This document shows positions 1-12,726 of a stretch of 64,000 nucleotides of DNA, one piece after another. The position numbers and the translations under genes were made by a program. Each line of letters begins with the position of its first letter. The first letter of the stretch is position 1. Source of the stretch: Rhynchopus sp. YZ270_cl-10 (taxonomy: Eukaryota); NCBI GenBank assembly GCA_964035575.1, contig OZ037842.1, positions 310,001 to 374,000 of the forward strand. The letters run 5' to 3'. The notes below the pieces were generated by a model. It saw only the letters and a list, made by a program, of their open reading frames with translations. It had not been told where the DNA came from and ran no database searches.

Positions 1-514
1 GGTCGAATTTATAAATTAGAAATTCACTAATTAGAGGCGGGACTGTAAGATGACCCTAAGCCTCTCGTGCATAGTCACCTGAAAGGGAAGAAGAAACAGC
101 CCGATTGAGAAAATCTTGAAAGAAGAATATTTTCGAAGAGAAAAAAAAAAGGTGGATATTTTGTACAAAAAAAATTGGCTAGGAATACAAAACCCCCTTC
201 ATGACTGTTGGTTGGTGACAATCGGGGTGGATCCGAACCATGCAGCCCCCTAAATCCATTTCGAGGTTGCATCTCAAAAGGGTGGCAAAATGCGACAACG
301 AACAACTGTTCCCAATTGTATCAAAACACAAAAAAATAGAACGCAACACTTGCAAAATGTAGGTAACTACTTTTTGACTTCGAAACGTTCACAGAAGACA
401 CTCTTCGCTCTCTTTCATCCCCCCTCCCCCCTGAGGGCCCCCTCCCCCTACCCCCAATTTGTTACAAAAGACCCCCTTGTGTAAACAAGAGATTTGTGAA
501 AACACCCATCCGCT

Positions 515-2179
515 TTAATCTTCTTCTGCATGAAGGCGCAACGCAGTTGTAGACGCTGCGATGAGGGCGGCTTTAAACTCCTCTTGCTTGGACCCTGCAC
601 ATTCCAGAACCTCTTCCGCACTCCGGCCCTGCAGATAGCTTGTCACTGCAAGGTTGTAGTGATGCCACTCACTGTCTGCACCGGTTCCGTTCCAGTTTTG
701 ATCCCCTTTTTCTATTGTTTCATGCAGTAGCTCTGCTGCGAATACTGTACTTTTGGGTGTCAACTCTATGAGTCGGAGGACCATACGCATGCTGTGCTCG
801 CACTCTGCTTCTGCAAAGGTCTCGAGGTTGCACAGTACAGGAATACGCAGCGCAAAGCCCGCCCTCTCCATTCCCACAACATGAACCGCAGCAAGGTCCC
901 CTACGACATTGCAACGACGCATGGTATTGCACCCCATGACAGCGCGGCTCACCTCTCCAGAAGCGATGCCTGCATTGAGATAGTAGGAATCGAAGTCGGA
1001 GTGGCCCCAAAGGAATTCCTTCACAGCGCCCACTGCCATGCTGGCGTGCATCGTGCAGCGGTGGAACGCACCAAACGAACAGTGCACCTTATCACCGACG
1101 AACACATCAACGACACCACGGCGGGTCTCCACAGAGGCAATAATGTGTGACAGAATCGTTGCAAAGAAGTCAACAAAGCTGCCTTCGTCGAAGCATTTTG
1201 CCTTCAAATTGATGACCACCAGAGTCGCGCGCAGAGACTGAAATGTGAATACATCCTTCGGTTTTGGCAGACTCCCCTCTGTTGACATTGGAACTACAAT
1301 GATGCTGCCTGATTGCGTCGAATCGCTCTCATCCCCAATAGAGGAAGACAAACAGGCCCGTGGGATGAACGGCAAAAACATCGCCAAATTGCACTCCAAA
1401 CGTCGCAACGCACGCCGTACATCTGCCGGAAGCGTCTCTCTGTGTTCCTCGAGAACACCATGAATGCCGCCTAAGTCATATGAACCGAGAAGGTCTGCAA
1501 TTTGGTCAAGCGTCTGCGAGGTGCTCTGCACCGCACGCTCCTCCCTTTGCAGCCGCAGAAGAAGTGTTCTGGTGGTCAAAAAGTTTGTAACCAATACCCC
1601 CACTGCGACAAGCAGGTTCACCACCACGACATCTAAATCTTTTGCACAGGGCAAGGTCTCGCAGTGCACCAACGCTTCAATTACGGAGTAACGGTTTTCC
1701 TGCGACACCGAGAGAAGGGGCACATCAAATAGCCCAAACCGAGTCCACGACTCTACAGAAACAAACGCCACCCAGAGCACCGAGGTTGCGACAATAGCAA
1801 CAGCGACGGTGTCCTGGACACGAAGCAAAACCATGAGGTCTATCACCAAGACCAGAAGTGGCCAAGCTTCTTCGAGAAGCGCGTGTTTGTGCAGATCTGT
1901 GAGAATCGTGGCAATGAGAAGTCCGATGCCCGTAAGCATAGCAAGCCTGTTGGTGACCTGATACCCGCATGAAACCAAAATTGTGCAAACGGAACACACC
2001 ACACCACCCACCCCAGCCCCCACAGCCCCCAGGTAGCTTTCTCGTAGGATCTCCGAAGGGCACACCAAGAGACACACCACAGCACCCACAGAGCAGAAGA
2101 AGAAGAGGCTCTCGCGTTTGTTCGCGTCAACCTCACTCAACGTCGCGTTCAAGGAAAACGTCTTCCGAAGCGACTCCAT
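515..2179 (-). CDS. Multi-pass membrane protein with degenerate class III nucleotide cyclase-like domain (~554 aa from MESLRKTF)
   Basis: About 6 hydrophobic helices and a coiled coil precede cyclase-like motifs ATLVVINL...GVVDVFVGDKVHCSFG...LNAGIASG...VMGC...NVVGD. The ORF track starts at 2575, but the ATG at 2179 is the more plausible start. Confidence 0.85.
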   Translation of the reverse strand: MESLRKTFSLNATLSEVDANKRESLFFFCSVGAVVCLLVCPSEILRESYLGAVGAGVGGVVCSVCTILVSCGYQVTNRLAMLTGIGLLIATILTDLHKHALLEEAWPLLVLVIDLMVLLRVQDTVAVAIVATSVLWVAFVSVESWTRFGLFDVPLLSVSQENRYSVIEALVHCETLPCAKDLDVVVVNLLVAVGVLVTNFLTTRTLLLRLQREERAVQSTSQTLDQIADLLGSYDLGGIHGVLEEHRETLPADVRRALRRLECNLAMFLPFIPRACLSSSIGDESDSTQSGSIIVVPMSTEGSLPKPKDVFTFQSLRATLVVINLKAKCFDEGSFVDFFATILSHIIASVETRRGVVDVFVGDKVHCSFGAFHRCTMHASMAVGAVKEFLWGHSDFDSYYLNAGIASGEVSRAVMGCNTMRRCNVVGDLAAVHVVGMERAGFALRIPVLCNLETFAEAECEHSMRMVLRLIELTPKSTVFAAELLHETIEKGDQNWNGTGADSEWHHYNLAVTSYLQGRSAEEVLECAGSKQEEFKAALIAASTTALRLHAEED

Positions 2180-3603
2180 TGAAGAAGCTAACAAGGTGGA
2201 GGTGATTGCTAGGCGGGAGAGAGGGAAGATCGTATTCAAGGTGGTGCAATATGCAGAAGTATTGGGTTGTGTAAATATTAGAAAGAATTTGTCTGGATTG
2301 GTGTTGCAAATGCTATGGGGAGGGGAGTGGTTAATGAGCGGGTCTACCAATAAATGGAGCACAAAGCACAGCGAAACCGGGGATAAAATAAAGCTGACTT
2401 GAAATACAACGCAATCAGGAAAGGCACACGGTAAAGCAAGCCCAGGAGTGCACTGACAGGAATGCACTGGAGCAACAACTAAAGAAGGCGCACTCTTCTT
2501 CGCTAGCGGGGGGTAAAGATGCAGGAAGCGGCGATGAACCCCAATCACATCCATTTCGTTACATCTGATACACAAACACCCGGGCAGGAAAAGAAGCGGG
2601 AGGGGATTTTTTTTTCTCGTTGTGCCGTAATCTATGAGGAACGGCGTCTCCCCCTATTTGCTTGCGGGGAATTTTTTTTTGGGAATTGCAATTAGGGTGG
2701 ACCGTAGGGAAACGCTGTTGTGATCCCCACCGAAAATGAAAAGGATTTTTTTTGTTTGTTTGTTCTTCGTTTTTTACCTTGCCACAAAAACAAAATAACT
2801 CTGTTTTTCACAAAAATTGTTTTGCACAAGAAAAAGGAATCCATCAAAAAATGAAAAGTGGCAGACGTACATAAATCTGTGCAGCTGCCTGGAGAGAAAA
2901 AAAGAAAGGTTGGTAAGATGATACTAAGTCATCAAATGTCATCCACAATGGACCAGAGCAAAAAAAGAAAATCTGACTCACACATGCTTGGTATTGGTAC
3001 ACAAAAATAAAAGAAACGGGAAATAATTTTCTTTTGTGATCTCATTGCGAGGACCTCTCCCTCTTTCAAGAAAAACAGGAAAAAAAAAAACAAATTATTT
3101 GGTGTAGCTGAATGGGGTGAAAAAAGTGCGCAAGAATTGCGAATCACCCCTCTCGCCACCATTATTACTATTTTTTTTTCTCAAAAGACAATCTCAGGTA
3201 TAAGGTGCGCATTTGTCACCTGCCACTTGAGGTTGCCACAGTTCTTAAAAATAATAACTATTGATTGCATGACGTAAAGTGCACTTTGCGCCACAGTTGC
3301 ATTTTTTTGGGTATTGGGTGTCTTTCATAGTGACGATAAAGTACTTTTTGTCGTATTAAAGCTTTACGTCACGATCCCGGATACCCACAGCTGGGGGCAA
3401 AAATGTGTTCACCGCCGTGCGACTCTTGACAAATCACACAAAAAAAAAAGGGGAAACGACAATGTGGACTCTAAAAATGTGGATTACGACAATGTGGATT
3501 AATAATCCACATTGTCGCATAATCCACATTGTCGTAATCCACATTGTCGCAAAAAATAATCCACATTGTCGCATAATCCGGATTCTTGATTTTTTGCCTT
3601 CTT

Positions 3604-3856
3604 GGTACCCAGGTACCCAGGTACCCAGGTACCCAGGTACCCAGGTACCCAGGTACCCAGGTACCCAGGTACCCAGGTACCCAGGTACCCAGGTACCCAG
3701 GTACCCAGGTACCCAGGTACCCAGGTACCCAGGTACCCAGGTACCCAGGTACCCAGGTACCCAGGTACCCAGGTACCCAGGTACCCAGGTACCCAGGTAC
3801 CCAGGTACCCAGGTACCCAGGTACCCAGGTACCAGGTCCAGGTCCAGGTACCCAGG
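3604..3856. repeat. Tandem 8-mer (GGTACCCA)28 plus degenerate units
   Basis: Perfect units run 3604-3827, followed by GGTACCA/GGTCCA variants. The array starts right inside the left TIR. Confidence 0.97.
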
Positions 3857-5315
3857 AACAGGAAAAAAGTCGTGAAAGAGCAACCACAGCTCCACATGAC
3901 AAACACAAAAGTGTCCAGTCACGTGGGGCATTCATGCACTGAGGAGATAATGATCCAACAATTTACAAGAAAGATTACTTAACCTACTGCTGGAAATTGC
4001 CAGGTCGTAGTAACACACAAAGTGTGCCTCCGTTCGGGAAGACCGGATATTCTAGAGACCAAAAAGGCCTCAAGAATATCTTCCGGTAGTCAAGGTATAA
4101 CCGAGTGAACGGCCCAAGACCCCCGTGGAGAAGTTAAATGTTGTAATGCTATCAGGTAGAAACTGCGAACACTGTCTTACCCTCCTCAATGCATGGTGGT
4201 TGATGTCTTCCACAACAAATTTCCTGTACCCAGGTACCCAGGTTCCCAGACCCACGCAGTACCACGTCGCAGTACTACGCAAAATTTACCACCAGACCCT
4301 GTCTTCGTGCACCTGAAGTACAACGCCGCAGACAGGCCAAACATGCGTTGGACTCAGAGGAATGCCCGCTGTGCAGGTATCATGAGAACCAACTCCCAGC
4401 AACAAGGGGCGCCTTTTGGCGGGCGTTGTTGAGGGTGTTTGGGGTACAAAGTTTTCCACAATTTTGATGCGCGGGTACAGAAGTGTTATCTTGTTCTTTC
4501 ATCTCTAGGAATGTAAATGTCAATCGCGTTTAACTACCACTAGGGCTTGTTCAGTGAACCCACGAGGGGTCGAAGGGGGTTGGTTATCCCGTATCTATCA
4601 AAGGTTGTGTCGACCAGGCTAAACCACTATGTTACGCTGTACGTTGTTAAATCCGAAGAAATAACACTTTAGCAGCCGCAGGAAGTTTGCTAAAAAGAGT
4701 GCCTCACGCTACACAAACCACCACCCGCGATTGACTTAGATGTTATAACAAAGAGAATTCAGAACAAAACAACACCCTGCCCCATACACACTAAATTGTC
4801 ATACTTCAAGAGCATGCCTGGGCCAAAATTACTATGACGAAAAGGCAACAAGACCACCCACAAGGAGTGTGAATTGTGCACTGGTTTTCTGGGGGAACAA
4901 ACAATATTTTCTTGCGTCTAGTCCTCCGTAAGTAGAGGACAGACTTTCCGGAAGGTTTCCAAAGTCGAATTTCTTGCACTAGCTATGCTCCCTGGGTTAA
5001 TGGCAATAGCAGTGACTGCGACAGAGTGTTCCCACCCCCCTTTCTACCCATATGTTCGCTCGTTCTGCACTCTCGACGTTGCACTCATTGCGATACCTGT
5101 TTAAAAGTGAATTTGTGAGTGGTGGGGAAATTAAAGAAGGTGACTTCTTAAAAAAATAAGTTGGCGGGGTGTAAAATATTGTTCTGGAGACTCTTGGAGG
5201 AAATACGAGTCGACGGCCTTATTTTGTTGAATATTCACCAGAAAGTTAAACATATTTACATACCTTGTCTTGCGCCTTCGCTGCTGTCAAGGTGCTTTCT
5301 CTGGGTACCCAGTAG

Positions 5316-5651
5316 GAGGCTCAAAACTGCTCAATTCTGGCTGGAATTGCAAAATTGGGCACTTTTAGGATGTGACCAAAAAAATTTTCGAGAGTCTAGT
5401 TATTACAGAGGCTCACCTTAGAAGGCAAAAATAGTCAATAATCCGGATTACCGACAATAATCCGGATTATGTGACAAGGTGGATTACTGGTGTTTTGGTG
5501 GAAAAAACCGCAAAAACGCGTTTTAGACCCCCAGAGAGGCTCAAAACTGCTCAATTCTGGCTTTAATTGCAAAATTGGGCACTTTTAGGATGCGACCAAA
5601 AAAATTTTCGAGAGTCTAGTTATTACAGAGGCTCACCTTAGAAGGCAAAAA
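5316..5651. repeat. ~115-bp direct duplication (period 220) next to the right TIR
   Basis: GAGGCTCAAAACTGC...CTTAGAAGGCAAAAA occurs at 5316-5431 and 5536-5651. The first copy is followed by a degenerate TIR fragment. Confidence 0.9.
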
Positions 5652-6856
5652 ATCAAGAATCCGGATTATGCGACAATGTGGATTATTTTTTGCGACAATG
5701 TGGATTACGACAATGTGGATTATGCGACAATGTGGATTATTAATCCACATTGTCGTAATCCACATTTTTAGAGTCCACATTGTCGTTTCCCCAAAAAAAA
5801 AACAAGTAATTGCTATCGAGAAGAAAAAAAAATCGGGGTGTGCTGTGGATATCTGGGGAGTTTGAAGGAAGGTTGTGAGAAAAATTGCCTGATAATTGAC
5901 TACTTGGCAGTGGCCCCAAATCACACACTAAAAGGGCGAGGTTTTTTTTTTAAAAAGTGGAGTTTATTTTGATGCGAACACAACACTATTTCAGACACCG
6001 AAGCTCGGTGATTGAAACCTTTTATCTTCGCAATACGTATTGAAACAAATATAGCCTCGTGCAATACTGCACGTGTCATAAAAAGGCGCTTTTAAAAGGC
6101 GCCAACTCATCTCGTTGTGAAAGAAAAACAATACGACTTTTTTTTTTTGAAAATTTTGAATTCCTGGACACTGTTCCCAACAAAACAAAACAAAACTCCC
6201 CAGAAAAAGAAAGAAAACTTAAAAGATGAATGTGCTTCTTTGTACATCATCAGAAGAAAAAGCAAACCAAAATAATTGAGTGATTTGAGTCTAATTTGTG
6301 TTTTTTTTGGGAAAAGTAAAAACCCCTTCGGAGCGGGACACACTGTTGTGAATAATAACAACAAAAAAAAAGGGGAAGTTGGTAAGATGAGACTTAGACT
6401 TTGCTCAATCACCTTGATCGCAATCGTTTATCACATGATTCCAACACAAATTATAAAAATATAAAGGTTGAACGATGAATATGTCTCGCGTGAAAAACAC
6501 ATCTTTTTCCAGCGTTATCGAGGGTGTTCACACTCCTGTTGCCGGGAGCTAGTTCCTTCTCACGCTACGAATAAAAAAACATACCGTGTGCATGTGGACG
6601 TTACCATGTTTACGCATCGGAGTCGCCCGACACACACAATCTGAGCTTTTGTTGCATCATTTTGAATCGACGAAAAAAATCGACAAATTTTTCGGCACAA
6701 TTTTTCACCCCTTTTTTTTCCTCGTATTATTCACCCCTATTTTTTTGACCTGAGCTAGCACTGTCACTCTATGAGTCCACGCTAACCTCTGTTCGGGGTC
6801 TTTATTTTTTCCAACAACAAAAAAAAAAAAAAAAAAAACTGAAAATGGGGTTTTTA

Positions 6857-7115
6857 CAGGGTTCTAGGTCCAAAAAAAAAAGGGGGAAACGGAAAATGTG
6901 TTTTGAAAAAAAATTTCCGCGCTGCGCGCGGAAAATTCCTACCCCACAACAGCCCCAAAAAATTGATGCTACCCATACGTAATGTCAAGTCGAGGACATC
7001 CTTCGCATAATGGAGAGGGATAACCCGATTCCCAACGAACTGCCGGACAATCTCCTCGGGGTGATCATCCAAGAATGTGTGGCACGAAAGAATCGTGCAC
7101 CCGAACCTCACCCCT

Positions 7116-7147
<32 letters not shown>

Positions 7148-7718
7148 CTGTGACAGTCGACTAGAAAAGCGACACAAAGATACACTTTGTATTCTTTGTT
7201 CAGGAGCAGGGAGTCTATACAGGTTCGCCCAAGTTCCTGGCGAAGCCACGGTACGCAACATTTATAAAAAATGTTGAAATAAAATGGCTCGGTCGCTAGT
7301 AATTCTCGTCAGTTTCCGTAAATTTTACTTACGTATTTTGCTAAAACGAAAGTTTCTGGCGAAGCCACGGTACGCAACATTTCCAAAAAATACGCTTAAA
7401 ATTGCACTTTTTTTACAGCCAAACTATGTCATGGGAAGGGTTGTTGCAAGCTTGCGCCGCAGGCGCACGGTACGCTACTTTTTTTTCTTTCGCCATGATG
7501 CATGCTTCCTTTTCCTTCTGAATGCGAGCATTTTCGTATTCAGAATTCGTATGGGAAATTGAGATTTTTTTGGGTACCAAAAAATTCTGTTGTGAGTAAG
7601 TGTAGGAGGGACCCACGGTTTCTGGGATTGTTTTTTGGGGGACCCCCAAAAAAAAAAAACCCCCGGATTTAACGGAAAATGTGTTACACATTTTCCGTAT
7701 ACTATACCTAGGACCCTG
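6857..7718. mobile_element. hAT-like MITE (~860 bp)
   Basis: TIR CAGGGT(T/C)CTAGGT. GTTTTTA flanks both ends (7 bp, or GGTTTTTA 8 bp if the terminal G is counted). Contains an (ATG)n microsatellite at ~7116-7147 and family F motifs. Confidence 0.7.
7235..7480 (+). repeat. Dispersed repeat family F (CTGGCGAAGCCACGGTACGCAACATTT ... GCGCCGCAGGCGCACGGTACGCTACTTTT)
   Basis: Other copies at ~43416-43550 (+), ~50497-50625 (reverse), ~34299-34330 and ~17338-17361 (partial). Occurs in both orientations. Confidence 0.85.
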
Positions 7719-7731
7719 GTTTTTATCTGTA

Positions 7732-7922
7732 CATAGCATCCTAACGCGCGTTGGTTGGCATGAAATAAAACAAAAAACGCGCGTTCGAAAACTGCAACGC
7801 GTGTACAAAAAGTAGGGCGTCCCAGTTTTTTTTTCTTCCGAACGCACGTTTTTTTTTTTCCGTTTTTCAAACGCGCACCCGAAAACGCCCTAAAAAATGG
7901 GGATGCGCGTTCGCATGCTATG
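7732..7922. mobile_element. Possible short TIR element with CAT...ATG termini
   Basis: CATAGCATCCTAACGCGC matches the reverse complement CATAGCATGCGAACGCGC at 16/18. No clear TSD. Confidence 0.45.
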
Positions 7923-7997
7923 CGGTCCCCAAAAAAGGGGGGAAAGGACATATCAGCGCAGGGGGGGGCACTACTTACTCTCTCACTTTAAAAAAAA

Positions 7998-9626
7998 TCA
8001 CTGCTCATCCAATACTGAAGTACCAGCCCACTTCAGAAGGCTTCTCGTGTCGACAGGGATACTCTCGTCCTCCCAGACGAGGGAGTGGTGTGCGCGGTTG
8101 AGCTTGTCGAGAACGGCGTCCATTTTTTCGGCGAAGGCCTTGGCACCGTGCTTCTTCTTGTAGGAGATGATTTGCTGGTAGGTGGGGCGGCCTGAGTTGT
8201 CGTCGATGTCGAGCATCTGCGGGGTGAAGTGGTCGTGCGTTGTGCAGGAGGTGGCGGGGACGGTGGTGGGGGCGTTCTTGGCGGAGAAGGGCCCGTGGTT
8301 GTGCTGCACAAACCAGACGTCGTCGATGACCTCACCATAGGAGGAGTCCGCAAAGATCGCCACCGGGTCGGTCTGCACCTGCTGCCAATGAATGTGTGTC
8401 GCGTTGTACACCTGCATCCTCGAGTACGAGAAAGAGTTCGACCTGAACGCAGACCACGTCGGTGCAGGCTGCTGGAACGCCGAGCTCATCTCTTTGCTCC
8501 CCGCCGCGCCGGACACAAGGTAAATCGTTGCTGGGGCGTCCACAGTCGTCTGAGTCGTCTTCCCCTTGTACGTCGGCCAAGACCTCTCGTAGTTGTGGAT
8601 GTGTCCGTTCAAACAGAAGTCGACTCCGTACTTGAACAGAAGCGGCTCGAGTGCAAGCTTGATAGGAAGGTCCTCAGGGTACAGTGTCCCGCTCTTCGGC
8701 TGCGAGGTGTAGAGCGCACGGTGCCCCGAAATGAGAATCCAGGGCACCTGGTCGCGGTTCTTGTTTGCCTTCTGGAGGTCGGTCTCAAGCCAGGCGAGGA
8801 AGGTGTCATTGGTGACCTTGTCGGTGTGGACTCCCTCCCAAAGCTCGCTGGAGTAGGAGATGTAGTGGACAAGGTTGTGGTCGAAGGAGAAGTAGAGGGA
8901 GTTCGCGGTTTCGCCGTTATTGGTGGTGATGGTGGCGGGATCGGCGTTGGTGGGCATGTTTCTGAAGCGTTCGACGTAGTGCTCGAGGTTGCCCTCCCAG
9001 TCCTCATGGTTGCCTTGGTTCACCATGTAGGGCACGGCAGACGCAACCTGCTCGATGTTCTTGAAGAAGTTGTCTCCAGTCACTCCGTTCGTGTCGGCAA
9101 GGTTGTACGCAAAGTCTCCGGCATGGTAGAACATGGACGCACCTTCCACCTCACTGATGAGACCTGCCGTCTGCGAGCCTGCCTTGCACACATCAACGTC
9201 GCATGTCTCGTTGTGCTGGGTGCACTTGTCGCACAGTGCGAATGCAGCAGCAGAGCCCATATCGCCAAAGAGGATGTGCGTGTCGGGCTGTGTCATCCGT
9301 CTGTTCGTGGTTTTGTACATCTCAGGGAAGAAGTCGTTGCCGGCACCGACCTGGTAGCAGTACTCTGTGTTCACCTTGAGATTCGTCAGGTTTGCCCCGC
9401 GGGTGTACCAAGTACGGCCAGCATCCTGTGTGAACTCACGCACATCCCCAGCGGCAGTGAAGGCCAGGTTCGAGCAGTCGGTCCCCCACTTGATGGTCGA
9501 CGCCCCAAGGTTGTCAGGAGTGGCCCACGCCACAGTGAGGTAATCAGAGGACTTCCCAAAGGCGATGTGCACCTGGTGGTTTCCAGCAGAAACCAGCATC
9601 GGCAGAAGCAAGGTTTGAAGAAGCAT
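7998..9626 (-). CDS. Secreted purple acid phosphatase (metallophosphoesterase, ~542 aa)
   Basis: Signal peptide MLLQTLLLPMLVSA, FN3-like N-domain, and motifs GDMG, GDFAY, GNHE, SGHR and GHIHNYER. Confidence 0.95.
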   Translation of the reverse strand: MLLQTLLLPMLVSAGNHQVHIAFGKSSDYLTVAWATPDNLGASTIKWGTDCSNLAFTAAGDVREFTQDAGRTWYTRGANLTNLKVNTEYCYQVGAGNDFFPEMYKTTNRRMTQPDTHILFGDMGSAAAFALCDKCTQHNETCDVDVCKAGSQTAGLISEVEGASMFYHAGDFAYNLADTNGVTGDNFFKNIEQVASAVPYMVNQGNHEDWEGNLEHYVERFRNMPTNADPATITTNNGETANSLYFSFDHNLVHYISYSSELWEGVHTDKVTNDTFLAWLETDLQKANKNRDQVPWILISGHRALYTSQPKSGTLYPEDLPIKLALEPLLFKYGVDFCLNGHIHNYERSWPTYKGKTTQTTVDAPATIYLVSGAAGSKEMSSAFQQPAPTWSAFRSNSFSYSRMQVYNATHIHWQQVQTDPVAIFADSSYGEVIDDVWFVQHNHGPFSAKNAPTTVPATSCTTHDHFTPQMLDIDDNSGRPTYQQIISYKKKHGAKAFAEKMDAVLDKLNRAHHSLVWEDESIPVDTRSLLKWAGTSVLDEQ

Positions 9627-9730
9627 TGTTTGATGTTTTCTGGAGAATAGATGACGCAGAAAGTGGTGAGGGTGAGATTGTGGGGAAATGGTAGGGAGAA
9701 AAGAGAAAGGGAGTGAGCTTTTTTTTCTTC
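9627..9730 (-). promoter_or_regulatory. Putative trans-splice acceptor region upstream of the phosphatase gene
   Basis: The sense strand reads pyrimidine-rich tract ...TCTATTCTCCAG|AAAACATCAAACAATG, with the AG at 9640-9641. Function is inferred. Confidence 0.5.
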
Positions 9731-12726
9731 TGTTTGAGAGAACCAAAACAAACCAAATTTTTTTTTGAGGGGGGGTAAGATGCCTTCGTACCCTATCGGT
9801 GGATACACGACGGTGAAGTAACTTACATTTCATGTAATGTTACATGTGAAAATCAGTTACATGTACCACACTGTTTTAATTTCAGGCAAAATCAGGTGGT
9901 GGTACACATACTACCCACCACAGGCAACACCCCGACCCCGTTACTTCACCGTCGTGTAGGGTGTTTTGAACGTTCAAAAATACAATGCTAGCAAACGTTC
10001 AAATCGCAAAAGAAAAGAAAAACTAAAAAATCACATATTTTCCCCAACAGGAAGAACACTGAGACTGCAATCTGCGAGAGCAAAATAACCACATTTTTTT
10101 TTTTTTGTTTTGAGAGAAAAAAGCTACGACACACGCCTCTCCTGCGGGCCCCCTTCACAGTATAAAAAAGGTGGGAAAGTGAAAAGCAACCATAATCAGT
10201 CGAGATGCTGTGGATCAATTCCCCTTTATATCATTCGATCAAAACCCAGCTTATTCACGAGCTGTTTGACCTACGAAGGAAAACATGCCAAAAAACACAC
10301 ACACAGTGAAATTGAAAGGGTGCTAGTACCGCAATCGGCCAAAGGCTCTTCTCTGGTTATATCGACCCATAGGTGGGAGGGTGTGTCCGTTAAGTGTGGG
10401 TAGCTCCTAAGAATGGAACATTGCCCAGGTGTGTGTGAGGTGAAATTGGAGGGGGGGGAAATGGTATCATGCTCACCAAGATTTCAAAAAAACAAAAATG
10501 GTGAACTTGACAATTGTGGGAAGACCTCTAAAATAAAGGAATTTTTTTTTTGGCAAGATAACAACCTCCCATTCGCTAATAACCTACTGAAAGTGTTCCC
10601 TCATTCTCCCTTCTTGAAGTTGTTTGATGCGTTGACGCTTCCTCACATTTAAAGAGCCCAAGCTTCTCTCTCTCGCTTGGTCACCTTGAAACCTCAAGTC
10701 AAATCCGAAAGCCCAATACAAGTTAGAGTTGTATTTTGTTTTTCTTTCATTGAAATTCAATAAAACCTTCGATTATTTCCTGCCAATGCTTGGTTTTATA
10801 CAAATAAAAACAACGAAGAGTGCTACCACATCCCAAAGGTACAGTATAAGCTAAGGGAGAACACATTGCCAGGTTTTTAAAAATAAATACAGTCTCTCGG
10901 ATGGTCATCCCCGAAAGTTCTAATAATATCAAACACACAGTGCTCAGGGTGTAGGGGGGAACGTTTTGTTGCTTCACAATCATCTTTCCGAAGACGGGGT
11001 GTGTTTGCCATTCAAAGTCTCCCGAAGGGGGGATTGTAAGAAAAGTTTAAAAAAAGGGGACAAAGTGGAAAAAAGTTTTTGTTTTTTTGTCGTGTGCTTT
11101 GTCACTCGCTCCCGAAGAGGGGGGCTAATGAATTCCAAAGGTATAGATGCAGATCACTCAATCCAATGAATTTTTTTTATTATATTTTTGCTGTATCGAC
11201 AAACCACTGACATTGAGGACCAAGAGAACGGGTCAGGATACCTTTTTATTTTGGCAATATTGTTTGGTTGAGGGACTTCATTCCTGCATATACTATGACT
11301 CGTTTACTTTTTTGGAATCGCTTTTTGTTTTTGAGCCCACTATGTTTTTTCTTTTTTTTTTTTGTTCGTTTTTTTTTTTTGCCTGAAAACTTGAAAAAAT
11401 TCACGTGTAGCTACATAATATGTCAACTCCATGTTTTCTCCCTGTATCTTTCATGTTTCACATCCCACCCCACCCCCAACCCGTTTTTCTTTGCATAAAG
11501 TGTTCCTTTCTCAATAGGAACACATGAGAACGACTAATTTTTTCCCAAAAAAAGTATATTTTTTTTTTGAAAAGGAGGATCGACTATTAGAGAGTGATTC
11601 CTCCAATTTTTATTGCGAAATTTTTGTTGGTATAGTTTCTTGCGAGCGCTCGAAAAAATATAAAAAAATAAAATAAAGAAATTTCGTGAACGATGAACTG
11701 AATACACCTCACGATGTCTCTTTATTTACAAAGAGAATTTCAACATATGCATAAATTGATAGCATAGGAAAAAGAAAAAAAATGAACTCCCGCATTTTAC
11801 CTCCTCCCCCCCCCTTCCCCAATACACTTCACCTATTTCATCGCCATCACATAAAACACTGTTTTTCCGCTCTTCAAATCACACGAAAATGAACAACAAT
11901 AACACACCAAGGAAACACAAAAAAAAAAACAGCGGGAAATATTTGCTGTGCTGGTGAGTGGCATTTTACTTTATTTTATTTTTTTTTGTTCCTTCCGAAA
12001 CAGCCCCTTCAGAGAGGTAGCGTGGCACTGCTTCCAGGTTAGAGAGAGAAAAACAAAGAAAGAAACAAAAGAAAAGGTTGGTAAGGTGACCCAGCTTAGC
12101 CACCTTGATAACAATCGGTATCGCACCTGCATCAGCTTTGTGGGATTCCACAAAAAAGCTTTTCACAAGAATGACTCTAAGCCTCCTATATGTACGAAAA
12201 GATTCAAAAGATTGCTTGGGTCTGTGCACAAATCCCGAAGAACAAAATCGAAACAATATTTTTTTTTGAAGATTCTAAAACACCTCTACGAACCTCTGCA
12301 CTAAAATAAACAATCTTTCATTTTCCCTTTTTCAATCTCAAAAAAGGTACAACGGGAACGTCACTATAAAATTCGAAATACTTTTTCTCGCACCAGGCGA
12401 TAAAACATTTTTTTTTTTTTTTTGCACGAAAAACAAAGGTAGGAAAGGAAGAAAAAAACCTCTGGCTATTGTACATCTCGATATCTGAAAAATACCAAAA
12501 GAAAAAGAAAAAAAGAAAAATCGTTCCCAACACGCACAACCCTTTTTTTCCCCACGACAAACGCACAAAACAGCCCCTGAGAGAGACGCGGTTGGGTAAT
12601 GGCCAGCTAAAACAAAGCAGAGTAAATCACCTAAGCGCCACAGGAAGCCGAACCCCTCAAAAATATTTTGTGACTTTGGGGAGTGCCACATGCCACATGC
12701 CAGATCACGTCGCTTCCGCTTCCGCA

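Larger units (their letters stand above)
3450..5792. mobile_element. Non-autonomous MULE/foldback-like DNA transposon, ~2.34 kb, with 153-bp TIRs
   Basis: 3450-3602 is the reverse complement of 5640-5792 (GGGGAAACGAC...GTCGTTTCCCC). The TIRs are built from repeated CGACAATGTGGATTA motifs. A10 flanks both sides, compatible with a 9-10 bp TSD. No transposase ORF was recognised. Confidence 0.85.

Noticed and set aside
3450..3602. Regularly repeated CGACAATGTGGATTA motifs suggesting a CRISPR array or iterons
   Set aside because: There are no unique spacers and no cas genes, and the context is eukaryotic. The motifs are the modular TIR of a transposon.
3405..3982. ORFs in all six frames encoding (PGTQVPRY)n or (GYLGTWVP)n
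   Set aside because: Artefacts of the stop-free 8-mer satellite.
8229..9650. 473-aa plus-strand ORF (similar cases at 51583-52509, 58486-59232 and 59479-60069)
   Set aside because: Antisense shadows of GC-rich, codon-biased genuine minus-strand genes.
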